Origin: a virus
Lineage: Duplodnaviria > Caudoviricetes
Length of the DNA: 43,343 nucleotides
IMG/VR virus record: IMGVR_UViG_3300032219_002666
Location: 1-43,343 of that record
Reading direction: 5' to 3' (one strand)
A program made the translations under genes and the position numbers. The notes beneath the pieces are model-generated. The model saw nothing but the letters and a program-made list of their open reading frames with translations. It searched no databases and was not told the DNA's origin. Below, one piece after another: positions 26,215-35,815 of the stretch. Positions within the stretch are counted from its first letter, which is position 1, and the number at the start of each line of letters is the position of its first letter.

Positions 26215-29046
26215 ATGCCAAAAACTGGTAACATAACAGGAGAACCTTTTGATATTGAGGTTATCAAGCAAATTAATGCTCGTCAAACCTTTTTAGGAGC
26301 TAGAAATAGAACCGACAGTCAAATATTATATGCTAATAACAAAACGGCATTTTTACGTCTAGCATCTTCCATTAGAATAGAGGATAATTTAACAAATCCT
26401 AATGACCCTATATATGCTGTTGATATTTTAAAACAACGTGACATTTCCTCTACCCTTACAGGAGATGAATTAGCTAAAGCTTGTGTTTTATTCGGAGGTG
26501 TTACTTCTATTGATACCAATAATAGTAGTTTTGCTTTTAATTTTGGATTAAATCAAAATGTTAATCTTCCTGGATCTTCTCAATTAACAGGAGCTTATGG
26601 ATGGGGTGGGATTACATCCAGAGGTTATGTTCCCATGCCCGGAATAGACTCAGCTAATATAAGCTTTGTAAATAGAGGAGCTATTGCAAAGGCCGATGTT
26701 ACTTTAAAAGTATTTTCAATTGAACAATTACAAATTTTTGATCTATTATATTTTAGAATTGGTTATACTATGTTATTAGAATGGGGCCATAATCTTTATA
26801 TAAACAATGATATAGATGCTGATAATGATCAGCCTAATCCTAAATTAGTAGAAAGAAAACAATTTTATACAAAACCTTTTGATGCATTTTTTAGTACACA
26901 AAAGAATACACAAAACAATATAATAACAGCTATTAAAGAACAAAGGAAAGACGATAACTACAATTATGATGCTATGCTAGGTAAAGTTACCAACTTTAGT
27001 TGGAAATTCAATAGTGATGGTTCATATGATATTTCTTTAAATTTAGTAGGATTAGGTGATATAATAGAAGCCCTTAAAATTAATACAGCTAATACTAAAG
27101 ATCCTAAAGTTCTTCCACCTTCAATATTAGCTCAAAGAGAAGCAGAAGCTTTAGCAGCTGCAGAAGCATCTTTAAATAAAGAAAGAGAAAAAGTAGCTAA
27201 AGATAGAGAAACTGCCCAAACACAATCTAATCAAGCAGATCAAGATAAACAAACAACTATTAATAAGGCCGAAGCTTCATTTAATACAACAAAAGCCTCT
27301 ATCTCAGGTTTTAATACTGCTCAATTTGGTAATGGATTAAATTCTATCAACAGTTTAACTTTTTCTGATAATACAGCTGGTGCTAAAGCTAATATTAGAA
27401 TTATAGATAATGCACTTACCTCAGTTTCCTCTACTCAAGTAGAAACGTCTGTCCAATCTGAAAAAACTAGATTAATTGGCCTTATAAGAGAATTAAAAAC
27501 CGCACAAAATAAGGTTGTAAATCTTGGTTCTTCTACAGCCGCTCAAACTCAAGCCCAAACTGCTCTAACCCAAGCTGATACCGCTGACGCTTCTATTGAA
27601 GCAAAAGAAAGAGCTTTAGAAGCTGCTCAAAAAGCATATAATAAAAAACAAGCCGAAGCTGCACTTTCCGGTAATACAACTGAAGAAAATAGAAATAAAA
27701 CTTATTTTAATAATCAACTATATAACTGGAAGCAAGCCGCAATAACTAAAGCGGGTTCTTCATGGGACCCTAATAATCTTTTCCAACTTAACTTTAAATC
27801 CAGATCAGAAAACTCAGTTGAAACAGGAGGAAAAAATTTAAATGTTAATTTTTATTATGTTAGACTAGGTTATGTTTTAGATTGGGTTGAAAAAAATCTT
27901 TTAGTCTATGATTCTGCCCCTTCAGAACCTACTAATCCAAGTAATAAAACTCCTATTTTTAAAATAGATACAACTGTTGAAAACAATTATTGTTTAAGTT
28001 TCCCAACTCAAGTCTCAACAGACCCTCAGATATGTGTTATTTCCAGTAAATATACATCTCCAACCGCAAGTTTATCATGGGATGTTCTCCCTAATCTTCC
28101 AGCTAAATATTCAGTAGACGATAATCCAAATGCGGGTAGATTAATGAATATATTTGTTAATATAGATTTCATAGCTAAAGTATTAGAAGGAGGAGTAGAT
28201 GCAAATGGTAAAACTAACTTATTAAAATTCCTGAATGATATGTTCTCAGGCATTAATGATGCTTTAGGAAATGTTAATAAATTAGAAGCTATATATGATG
28301 ATGAAAGTATTTCTTTAAAAATTATCGAGGAAAGTAATATTAAAGGAATTAAAAGTGAAGATAAAGAAAAAGAAAATAAAATAGCTGTTTTTAAGTCCTA
28401 TGGAATAGGTACCCCAACCGAACCATTAGGTAGTTTCTTATCAAATGTAGATTTCCAAGTCCAATTACCTCCTAACATGGCAGCAATGGCTACCATTTCA
28501 GCCCAAGCATCAGGTAATATTGTTGGTGAAAATGCTACTGCTTTATCTAAATTAAATAAAGGTTTAGTTGATAGAATTATTACTAAAAAACTAGATGCCG
28601 CTAGTATAGAAGGAGCTCAAACAGGTAATGAAGCCCCAGCAAATAAATTTGATAAAAATCTAGAGTATCTTTCTAAACAAATACAAGATATATATACTAA
28701 TAAAAATTATAGTCCTGATACTATTGAAAGTATTAAATCTATAAATAGAGATATTGCTTTATATTTAACTGGGGAAGATTCTTTAAAAAGTACTCCTCAA
28801 GATAAAAAACCATCTCCATTCTTTATTCCATTTAACCTCTCCCTAGAAATGGATGGACTTTCAGGAATGGTAAACTATGAACGATTTGCTATTTCAGAAG
28901 AAATACTCCCATATAGTTATCGTTCAGGAGATCAAGGTGGAGTAATTGACTTCTTAATTAAAGGAGTCTCACATACCGTATCCGGTAACCAATGGAAAAC
29001 CAAGATTGAAAGTATATCAGTAAGTTCAGCTAGAAATAACGTATAA
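26215..29046 (+). CDS. Baseplate hub-like protein with a central coiled-coil insertion
   Basis: PMPGI, LYFRIGYTMLLEWG, YDAMLGKVTNFSW, IPFNLSLEMDGLSG, FLIKGVSHTV..NQWKTKIES; synteny after the gp53-like gene. Confidence 0.6.
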   Translation: MPKTGNITGEPFDIEVIKQINARQTFLGARNRTDSQILYANNKTAFLRLASSIRIEDNLTNPNDPIYAVDILKQRDISSTLTGDELAKACVLFGGVTSIDTNNSSFAFNFGLNQNVNLPGSSQLTGAYGWGGITSRGYVPMPGIDSANISFVNRGAIAKADVTLKVFSIEQLQIFDLLYFRIGYTMLLEWGHNLYINNDIDADNDQPNPKLVERKQFYTKPFDAFFSTQKNTQNNIITAIKEQRKDDNYNYDAMLGKVTNFSWKFNSDGSYDISLNLVGLGDIIEALKINTANTKDPKVLPPSILAQREAEALAAAEASLNKEREKVAKDRETAQTQSNQADQDKQTTINKAEASFNTTKASISGFNTAQFGNGLNSINSLTFSDNTAGAKANIRIIDNALTSVSSTQVETSVQSEKTRLIGLIRELKTAQNKVVNLGSSTAAQTQAQTALTQADTADASIEAKERALEAAQKAYNKKQAEAALSGNTTEENRNKTYFNNQLYNWKQAAITKAGSSWDPNNLFQLNFKSRSENSVETGGKNLNVNFYYVRLGYVLDWVEKNLLVYDSAPSEPTNPSNKTPIFKIDTTVENNYCLSFPTQVSTDPQICVISSKYTSPTASLSWDVLPNLPAKYSVDDNPNAGRLMNIFVNIDFIAKVLEGGVDANGKTNLLKFLNDMFSGINDALGNVNKLEAIYDDESISLKIIEESNIKGIKSEDKEKENKIAVFKSYGIGTPTEPLGSFLSNVDFQVQLPPNMAAMATISAQASGNIVGENATALSKLNKGLVDRIITKKLDAASIEGAQTGNEAPANKFDKNLEYLSKQIQDIYTNKNYSPDTIESIKSINRDIALYLTGEDSLKSTPQDKKPSPFFIPFNLSLEMDGLSGMVNYERFAISEEILPYSYRSGDQGGVIDFLIKGVSHTVSGNQWKTKIESISVSSARNNV

Positions 29047-29654
29047 TGCCTTATTATCCAAAAAATAGAATAGTAACTAATTTATATACAAACGGAAACG
29101 AGTTTGTAGTGGTAGATACTCTACTTCCATACACTGGGTTTTATTACAAAGTATATAATGGAACATTCTACACAGGTAAAAATCCCCAAGAAAATGATTT
29201 ACCCCAACAATTAGTTCCCCTAATAGCTAATGCTCAAGGATTAACATCTCCCGTAGTTTATTCTAAATTAGTTCCTAATAGAACCCAATCAGTTAGAAAC
29301 TACATAGTTAATTCAGATGTATCAACTGCTGATAGAAAAATACCAATCCCATTTTATCCAACCCCAACCCAAAATGATTACCAAAATGGATCATTTACTA
29401 GATACTTTGCTAAAAAAATAAACAATTTATCTTTTATTGAAATAGATTCTACAACATATAGTGCTATTTCAAGTAACAATAGTGAATATCTTTGGGAAAT
29501 GTATAATGTCATTGAAATTCCTTGGCAATTAACAGGAGATAAAAATCAAGTTTACGAAACCAATCGAAAAGTTACTCACTTAGCTGAGAAAAATAACAAC
29601 TTCCAAGGCCTCAGCCAATTTCTAAAATTCAGATTCTCAAAATTCTACCAGTAA
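29046..29654 (+). CDS. Hypothetical (probably baseplate-associated) protein
   Basis: TAATG-coupled to the hub gene; last gene of the structural block. Confidence 0.55.
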   Translation: MPYYPKNRIVTNLYTNGNEFVVVDTLLPYTGFYYKVYNGTFYTGKNPQENDLPQQLVPLIANAQGLTSPVVYSKLVPNRTQSVRNYIVNSDVSTADRKIPIPFYPTPTQNDYQNGSFTRYFAKKINNLSFIEIDSTTYSAISSNNSEYLWEMYNVIEIPWQLTGDKNQVYETNRKVTHLAEKNNNFQGLSQFLKFRFSKFYQ

Positions 29655-29656
29655 GC

Positions 29657-29687
29657 TTGGTTTATTGAATATCCTTTCGTAGATTTA
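29657..29687 (+). promoter_or_regulatory. TTGG-N19-TAGATTTA putative early/host-sigma promoter
   Basis: 19-nt spacer; at the structural/replication boundary, ends 4 nt before ATG 29692. Confidence 0.6.
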
Positions 29688-29691
29688 TATC

Positions 29692-30984
29692 ATGTTTTGG
29701 TTAGTAGAAACTCAAGATCAAATCGAGAGTTTAATAAATATAGGTTATGAAGAAGCGTTTGTTGAAATAATTCAACACAACGATAAAATCCATCCTGCTT
29801 TAGATGATGTTTGTTTGGTCTATTATCGACCTATAAATGAGACTAAAGGATACATAATTTGTATCGATCATAGTGAGGCGTTAAAAATTGGGAAACAATG
29901 GGTTAACGAATTGCTTTGCAAAACAGATGTGGTGTGGGTAAGAGACAAGAAACATTTTTTATATCATTTTCAAATAAAGAGCTTGCGTGACGTAAACATA
30001 CTCACTCCTCCGTATATACAAGATTTAACGCAAACCCACATATATTTTCAAGATAAGTATCCGGATTATAAACAAATAAATAAAATAATCCCACTTACCA
30101 AACACTACGAGGTTTGCAATAAAATATACAATACAGTAAAACCATCATTTACCGAAGACTTACCCTCGTATTTTGATTTCTACAACAATAAATCAACGTT
30201 AGCTTTCTTTGGGATTGAAAAAAATGGTATTCCAATAGATAAAGACCAATTTGATCAATATTTTAAACCAACAAACCCAACATATTCAATAGGGGAAAAT
30301 AGAATTTACACACAATACAATCTTTTCACAACAACTAAAAGACCAAGTAATAGATTTAACGGAATTAACTTTGCAGCATTAAATAAAGAAAATGGAGAAA
30401 GAAAATGTTTTAAACCCCAAAACTCGAAATTTATTGAGTTGGATATTTCTGCTTATCACCCTACCCTTTTGGCTAAGCTTTGTGATTATAGTTTCAATAA
30501 CAGTGATATTCATGGGGCTTTCGCTGAAATGTATGGAGTGGACTATGCCAAAGCAAAAGAGATCACGTTTAAACAAATTTACGGTGGAATTTGGAAGGAA
30601 TATGAGGCCTTGGAGTTTTTTCAAAAAGTAAAAGAATATACAGATAATATCTGGGAAGAATATAATACTACAGGGAAAGTAGTGGTGCCGGTTTCGGGTT
30701 ATCATTTGGAAAAAGATAAATTGGAAAACATGAACCCACAAAAACTTTTGAATTATATCTTACAGAACGTGGAGACGGCAACGAATGTTTGTATATTGAT
30801 GCAGCTTCATAGGTTATTGAATGGGAAAAAGACCAAGCTAGTATTATATACTTATGACAGCTTTTTGTTTGATTTAGATGAAACAGAAGATTTAATAGAT
30901 GAAATAAATAAAATATTTGAAAATTTAAAATTACACACAAAAATTAGTTATGGAAGCAGTTATGACTTTAACCACCCCACGTGA
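29692..30984 (+). CDS. Minimal, divergent family A DNA polymerase
   Basis: IEKNGIPID, TTTKRPSN, motif A ELDISAYHPTLL, DIH, motif B AKEITFKQIYGG, LNYILQNVET, motif C LYTYDSFLFD; only 430 aa. Confidence 0.8.
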   Translation: MFWLVETQDQIESLINIGYEEAFVEIIQHNDKIHPALDDVCLVYYRPINETKGYIICIDHSEALKIGKQWVNELLCKTDVVWVRDKKHFLYHFQIKSLRDVNILTPPYIQDLTQTHIYFQDKYPDYKQINKIIPLTKHYEVCNKIYNTVKPSFTEDLPSYFDFYNNKSTLAFFGIEKNGIPIDKDQFDQYFKPTNPTYSIGENRIYTQYNLFTTTKRPSNRFNGINFAALNKENGERKCFKPQNSKFIELDISAYHPTLLAKLCDYSFNNSDIHGAFAEMYGVDYAKAKEITFKQIYGGIWKEYEALEFFQKVKEYTDNIWEEYNTTGKVVVPVSGYHLEKDKLENMNPQKLLNYILQNVETATNVCILMQLHRLLNGKKTKLVLYTYDSFLFDLDETEDLIDEINKIFENLKLHTKISYGSSYDFNHPT

Positions 30985-31408
30985 TATTTATTGGGAGAAA
31001 ACCCAATTAAACTCGATAGATTTGAACAACAAGTTATTCTGTACATTTGTTGCCGAAGACACCCTCGATGAAATGGTTCAAAGCATCTCTGATGCTTATA
31101 ACATAATGTATAATAAAATGTTCGTATTGTTTGTAAAAAGTACAAATGAATACGTTATTACATATAATGTAGACCAAGGAAACGTAGATAACATTCCGGT
31201 AAATACAATTTTAGTGCACCGAAAAAAAGAAACTAATACGTTATACACAATTAACGCCCTAAATACTTTGATTAAAAGTTTAAATGGTGGGGTGGTTGAT
31301 CCTTCCTTCCGTATAAACTGGCAACATTATCAAAATTGCATTTTATTGACTAATACTAATGAGTTAAGACAACTCAATACAAAAGTTTATAAAATTATTG
31401 AACTATAA
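30950..31408 (+). CDS. Hypothetical protein between PolA and SSB (true start may be TTG 31022)
   Basis: NTILVHRKKETNTLYTINALN; an ATATTTAT motif at 30984 inside the 5' extension suggests a later start. Confidence 0.65.
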   Translation: MEAVMTLTTPRDIYWEKTQLNSIDLNNKLFCTFVAEDTLDEMVQSISDAYNIMYNKMFVLFVKSTNEYVITYNVDQGNVDNIPVNTILVHRKKETNTLYTINALNTLIKSLNGGVVDPSFRINWQHYQNCILLTNTNELRQLNTKVYKIIEL

Positions 31409-31409
31409 T

Positions 31410-31440
31410 TTGGTTCATTCAAAAAAGGTTATTATATTAA
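31410..31440 (+). promoter_or_regulatory. TTGG-N19-TATATTAA putative early/host-sigma promoter
   Basis: 19-nt spacer upstream of the SSB gene. Confidence 0.6.
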
Positions 31441-31465
31441 CAACACAAATACAAATTGATAAGTT

Positions 31466-32293
31466 ATGGATTTAAATGAAATCAGAAACCGACTGTCAGC
31501 AATACAGTCAAAATCAACCGGCAAAGGCGGCGGTGAGAAAAAATCAGTATTTTGGAAACCTTCAGTAGGTAAACAAATAATTCGTGTAGTACCTTCTAAG
31601 TACAACAAGAACAATCCGTTTACTGAAATGTATTTTTACTATGGAATTGGTAAAAACACAATGGTATCTCCTATTAATTGGGGTGAGAAAGATCCAATTG
31701 CTGAATTTGCAAAACAATTGCGTACTACTAGTGATAAAGAAAACTGGCGTTTAGCTAAAAAACTTGATCCTAAAATGCGTATTTTTATTCCTGTTATCGT
31801 ACGCGGTGAGGAATCAGAAGGTGTTAAATTGTGGCAGTTTGGTAAGGAATTGTATATGGATTTCTTGAACCTTGCAGACAATGAAGATGTTGGCGACTTT
31901 ACAGATGTAATGAGTGGTCGTGATATTACATTGACTACTGTAGGTCCTGAAGTAACAGGTACAAACTACAACAAAACCACTATTATGCCTAAAGTTAAAG
32001 AAACACCTTTAGCTGCTGATAAAGCAACTGTTGAGTCTTTACTTGAAAATCAACCCAATCCAAAAGAAGTATTTAAAAAATACACGTTTGATGAAATGAA
32101 ACAAGCCCTTCAAGAATGGTTAACTCCTGAAGATGAGTATGAAGAAGGTGCTATCATCGATGATGAGAAAGAAGAAGAAGTAGTTTCAACCCCTAGTAAA
32201 AACTATTCGTTATCTACTCCAACTCCAAAAATGACTAAAGCTGATAAGTTTGATTCATTGTTTGAGGAAGAAGATGATGATTTGCCATTTTAA
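31466..32293 (+). CDS. Single-stranded DNA-binding protein (T4 gp32-like)
   Basis: FWKP..GKQIIRVVP, GVKLWQFGK, DFTDVMSGRDITL, acidic tail ending EEEDDDLPF. Confidence 0.85.
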   Translation: MDLNEIRNRLSAIQSKSTGKGGGEKKSVFWKPSVGKQIIRVVPSKYNKNNPFTEMYFYYGIGKNTMVSPINWGEKDPIAEFAKQLRTTSDKENWRLAKKLDPKMRIFIPVIVRGEESEGVKLWQFGKELYMDFLNLADNEDVGDFTDVMSGRDITLTTVGPEVTGTNYNKTTIMPKVKETPLAADKATVESLLENQPNPKEVFKKYTFDEMKQALQEWLTPEDEYEEGAIIDDEKEEEVVSTPSKNYSLSTPTPKMTKADKFDSLFEEEDDDLPF

Positions 32294-32306
32294 TTAATAT
32301 AATATT

Positions 32307-33386
32307 ATGGCTAGAAAGAAAAACGAATCGTTAACGGCGGCATTCTCCTCTGAACTTAAATCTAAATTTGATTTAAATAAGTTTAAGGAAAAGAAAATGC
32401 TTAATTCAAACGTAAAATTCAAAGATCAAAAATGGATCCCATTGAGTTCAGCATTCCAGGATGTAACTTCAGTACCAGGAATTCCAATGGGTCACATTGT
32501 ACTCCTTCGAGGCCACAGTGATACAGGTAAAACAACCGCTATGATTGAAGCAGCGGTTTCAGCTCAAAAAATGAAAGTTTTACCTGTATTTATTGTAACC
32601 GAGATGAAATGGAATTGGGAACATGCTGTACAAATGGGTCTTCATGTAGAAGAAATTGTGGATGAATCAACAGGCGAAGTATTAAATTATGAAGGTAATT
32701 TTATTTATGTTGACCGTGAAACACTACACACTATTGAAGACGTATCAGCATTTGTTTTAGATTTGTTAGATGAACAGAAAAAAGGTAATTTACCTTATGA
32801 TCTATTATTCCTATGGGATTCAATTGGATCAATTCCTTGTGAAATGTCTGTTAAATCAAACAAAAATAACAACGAATGGAATGCTGGGGCAATGTCAACT
32901 CAATTTGGTAACAATGTCAACCAAAAGATTACATTATCACGTAAAGAATCATCACCATACACTAATACACTAGTATGTGTTAATAAAGTATGGACTGCAA
33001 AAGCAGAAGTACCAATGGGTCAACCAAAGTTGATGAACAAAGGTGGATTCGCAATGTGGTTTGATGCTACATTTGTAGTAACATTTGGTAATATTTCAAA
33101 TGCAGGTACATCTAAAATCAAAGCGATTAAAGATGGTAAGCAAGTTGAATTTGCTAAACGTACAAATATTCAAATTGATAAAAACCACATTAATGGTGTG
33201 CAATCACGAGGTAAAATTATCATGACCCCACACGGATTCATCAATGATACTGATAAGGAACTTAAAGCATACAAAGATGCACACGCATCAGAATGGATGA
33301 AAGTACTTGGAGGTATGGATTTCGATATTTTTGAGGAACAAGATTCATTTGAACCAGAAAATATCTTTACACAAGAACCAGATTAA
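32307..33386 (+). CDS. uvsX: RecA/UvsX-like recombinase
   Basis: GIPMGHIVLLRGHSDTGKT Walker A, FLWDSIGS Walker B, KGGFAMWF. Confidence 0.85.
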   Translation: MARKKNESLTAAFSSELKSKFDLNKFKEKKMLNSNVKFKDQKWIPLSSAFQDVTSVPGIPMGHIVLLRGHSDTGKTTAMIEAAVSAQKMKVLPVFIVTEMKWNWEHAVQMGLHVEEIVDESTGEVLNYEGNFIYVDRETLHTIEDVSAFVLDLLDEQKKGNLPYDLLFLWDSIGSIPCEMSVKSNKNNNEWNAGAMSTQFGNNVNQKITLSRKESSPYTNTLVCVNKVWTAKAEVPMGQPKLMNKGGFAMWFDATFVVTFGNISNAGTSKIKAIKDGKQVEFAKRTNIQIDKNHINGVQSRGKIIMTPHGFINDTDKELKAYKDAHASEWMKVLGGMDFDIFEEQDSFEPENIFTQEPD

Positions 33387-33387
33387 C

Positions 33388-34425
33388 ATGAAAAGAAAAG
33401 AACTATTTAAACTTCTTGACAATGTTGTTGAGAATGAGGAGCATACTGAAGCTAAAAGATTTGATCGAGTAATGTTGATTGATGGTTTAAATCTGTTCTT
33501 TAGAAACTTTGCAATGATGAATATCGTGAATTCCGATGGAGTTCATGTAGGTGGATTAGGAGGATTTGTAAGATCCCTAGGAACTCTAATCAATCAAATC
33601 CAACCAACATCTGTATTTGTAGTATTCGATGGAGTTGGTTCTTCCACTAACAGGAAGAACTTACTCCCCGAGTATAAATCAGGGCGTAATTTAACTAGAA
33701 TTACAAATTGGGAGGTATTTGAAAATTTAGATGAAGAGGATGATGCTAAATTTAACCAAATTGTTAGAATTGCTCATTACTTAAAATGCTTACCTGTTAA
33801 AACAGTTGTTATTGATAAAGCAGAAGCAGATGACATAATTGCGTTTTACAGCGATTATCTTCCTAAGACGCATGGTTCTAAAGTATTCATCGTCTCGTCG
33901 GATAAAGATTTCATCCAATTAGTTAACGACGATGTAATCGTATATAGACCAATTGAAAAGGAATACTATACCAAAGACACAGTTAAAGAAAAATTCGGTG
34001 TATTAGCTGAAAATTTTATTCTTTATAAGATGCTCCTTGGAGACAATTCAGACAAAGTTCCAGGTGTAAAAGGTTTGGGAGCTAAAGGATTATTTAAGAA
34101 ATTTCCTGAATTATCTACTGATATACTAAGTTTGGATGACATTTTTGAGATAGCAGCTTCTAAATATAAAGAACACGTTATTTATTCTCGCATTGCTTTT
34201 GAAAGAGATAGACTAGAACAAAATTATAAAATTATGAATTTACAAAGTCCATTATTAGATTCTAGTGATAAAGAATTTTTAACAGTCTTTGCAGAAGAAG
34301 AAAATATAGCTTTGAATAGTAAAGCCTTTTTACGACTTTACCACGATGATGGATTAGGTCATCTTATTAAAAATGTAGATTTTTGGATTAAAGATACATT
34401 TGAAGTATTAAACAGTTTTAAATAA
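33388..34425 (+). CDS. 5'-3' exonuclease / flap endonuclease (T4 RNase H, Pol I N-terminal-like)
   Basis: LIDGLNLFFR, VVFDG, RKNLLPEYKSGR, EADDIIA, IVSSDKDFIQL, LGDNSDKVPGVKGLG. Start moved to ATG 33388. Confidence 0.92.
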   Translation: MKRKELFKLLDNVVENEEHTEAKRFDRVMLIDGLNLFFRNFAMMNIVNSDGVHVGGLGGFVRSLGTLINQIQPTSVFVVFDGVGSSTNRKNLLPEYKSGRNLTRITNWEVFENLDEEDDAKFNQIVRIAHYLKCLPVKTVVIDKAEADDIIAFYSDYLPKTHGSKVFIVSSDKDFIQLVNDDVIVYRPIEKEYYTKDTVKEKFGVLAENFILYKMLLGDNSDKVPGVKGLGAKGLFKKFPELSTDILSLDDIFEIAASKYKEHVIYSRIAFERDRLEQNYKIMNLQSPLLDSSDKEFLTVFAEEENIALNSKAFLRLYHDDGLGHLIKNVDFWIKDTFEVLNSFK

Positions 34426-34435
34426 AAAAAGTTAT

Positions 34436-35806
34436 ATGACATTAAGTAATTTATCCCAATATGGGATAGGATTCCAAATCAAAGTATTATCTTCCTTACT
34501 AACACATAAAGAATTTTTATTAAACATTCATGATGTTTTAAGTGAAGAATATTTTGATAATCAAGCTCACAAATGGATTATTAAAGAAATCCTTCAATAC
34601 TACCAAAAATACCATACATGTCCTTCAATGGATGTTTTGAAAGTAGAATTAAAAAAAATTAATAATGAAGTTCTTCAAGTTTCAGTTAAAGAACAACTCC
34701 GTGAAGCATATAAATCTTCAGATGAGGATTTAAAATATGTTGAAGAAGAATTTTCTAATTTTTGTAAAAACCAACAATTAAAAAAAGCATTATTAACAAG
34801 TGTAGATTTTTTAAATGCTGGAGATTATGATTCAATTCGTCATTTGATTGACAATGCATTGAAATCAGGACAAGATAAAAATGTAGGGCATGAATATAAT
34901 AAGGATGTTGAATCTCGTTATAGAGAAGATCACCGAGTAGTAGTTCCTACACCTTGGGATGTATTCAACAATTTACTTCAAGGTGGTTTAGGTAATGGCG
35001 ATTTTGGTCTTATATTTGGTAACCCTGGAGGAGGTAAATCTTGGACATTAATTGCTTTAGGTGGTTATGCTGTTAAAATGGGTTATAATGTTTTACATTA
35101 TACCTTAGAATTAGGTGAAGATTATGTAGGTCGCCGTTATGATGCTTTCTTTACAGACATCCCAGTAAATGTAATTACTGAACAAAAGAATAGAGGTAGA
35201 GTAGAAGAAGTAGTAGAAACTCTCCAAGGACAATTAATAATTAAAGAATATTCTCCTGGAAAAGCATCAATGTCTACTATTGAATCTCATATTAAAAAAT
35301 GTATAGATCAAGATTTTAAACCCGATTTAATTATTATTGATTATGTTGATCTCCTTCGTTCTAAAAGAACAAATAGAGAAAGGAAAGATGAAATTGATGA
35401 TATTTATATAAGCACTAAAGCTTTAGCACGTGAATTGAACATTCCAGTCTGGTCAGTTTCACAAGTAAATAGAGCAGGTGCAAAAGACGATATTATTGAA
35501 GGTGATAAAGCGGCAGGTAGCTATGATAAAATCATGATTACTGATGTAGCTATATCTTTATCAAGAAAACGTCAAGACAAAGTTAATGGTACAGGAAGAT
35601 TTCACTTTATGAAAAATAGATATGGTATGGACGGCATGACATTTAGTGCAAAAGCAAATACCTCAACTGGCCATTTCGAGGTTTCGGACCGTGTTGAAGA
35701 AGATGATGATGAAACTCCGGCATCGTCTCAACAACTTCCTTTTAACACATTTGATTCTTTAGATAAAAAGGAGTTAAGAAACAAATTTTTCGAACTTGGA
35801 AATTAA
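34436..35806 (+). CDS. Replicative SF4 helicase (DnaB / T4 gp41-like)
   Basis: GNPGGGKS Walker A, YTLEL, LIIIDYVDLL, WSVSQVNR, KNRYG. Confidence 0.9.
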   Translation: MTLSNLSQYGIGFQIKVLSSLLTHKEFLLNIHDVLSEEYFDNQAHKWIIKEILQYYQKYHTCPSMDVLKVELKKINNEVLQVSVKEQLREAYKSSDEDLKYVEEEFSNFCKNQQLKKALLTSVDFLNAGDYDSIRHLIDNALKSGQDKNVGHEYNKDVESRYREDHRVVVPTPWDVFNNLLQGGLGNGDFGLIFGNPGGGKSWTLIALGGYAVKMGYNVLHYTLELGEDYVGRRYDAFFTDIPVNVITEQKNRGRVEEVVETLQGQLIIKEYSPGKASMSTIESHIKKCIDQDFKPDLIIIDYVDLLRSKRTNRERKDEIDDIYISTKALARELNIPVWSVSQVNRAGAKDDIIEGDKAAGSYDKIMITDVAISLSRKRQDKVNGTGRFHFMKNRYGMDGMTFSAKANTSTGHFEVSDRVEEDDDETPASSQQLPFNTFDSLDKKELRNKFFELGN

Positions 35807-35815
35807 TAAAAAATT

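Noticed and set aside
12933-29654. Bacterial extracellular contractile injection system or tailocin rather than phage
   Set aside because: Neck proteins, a homing endonuclease and a phage-type replication block are contiguous with the tail genes.
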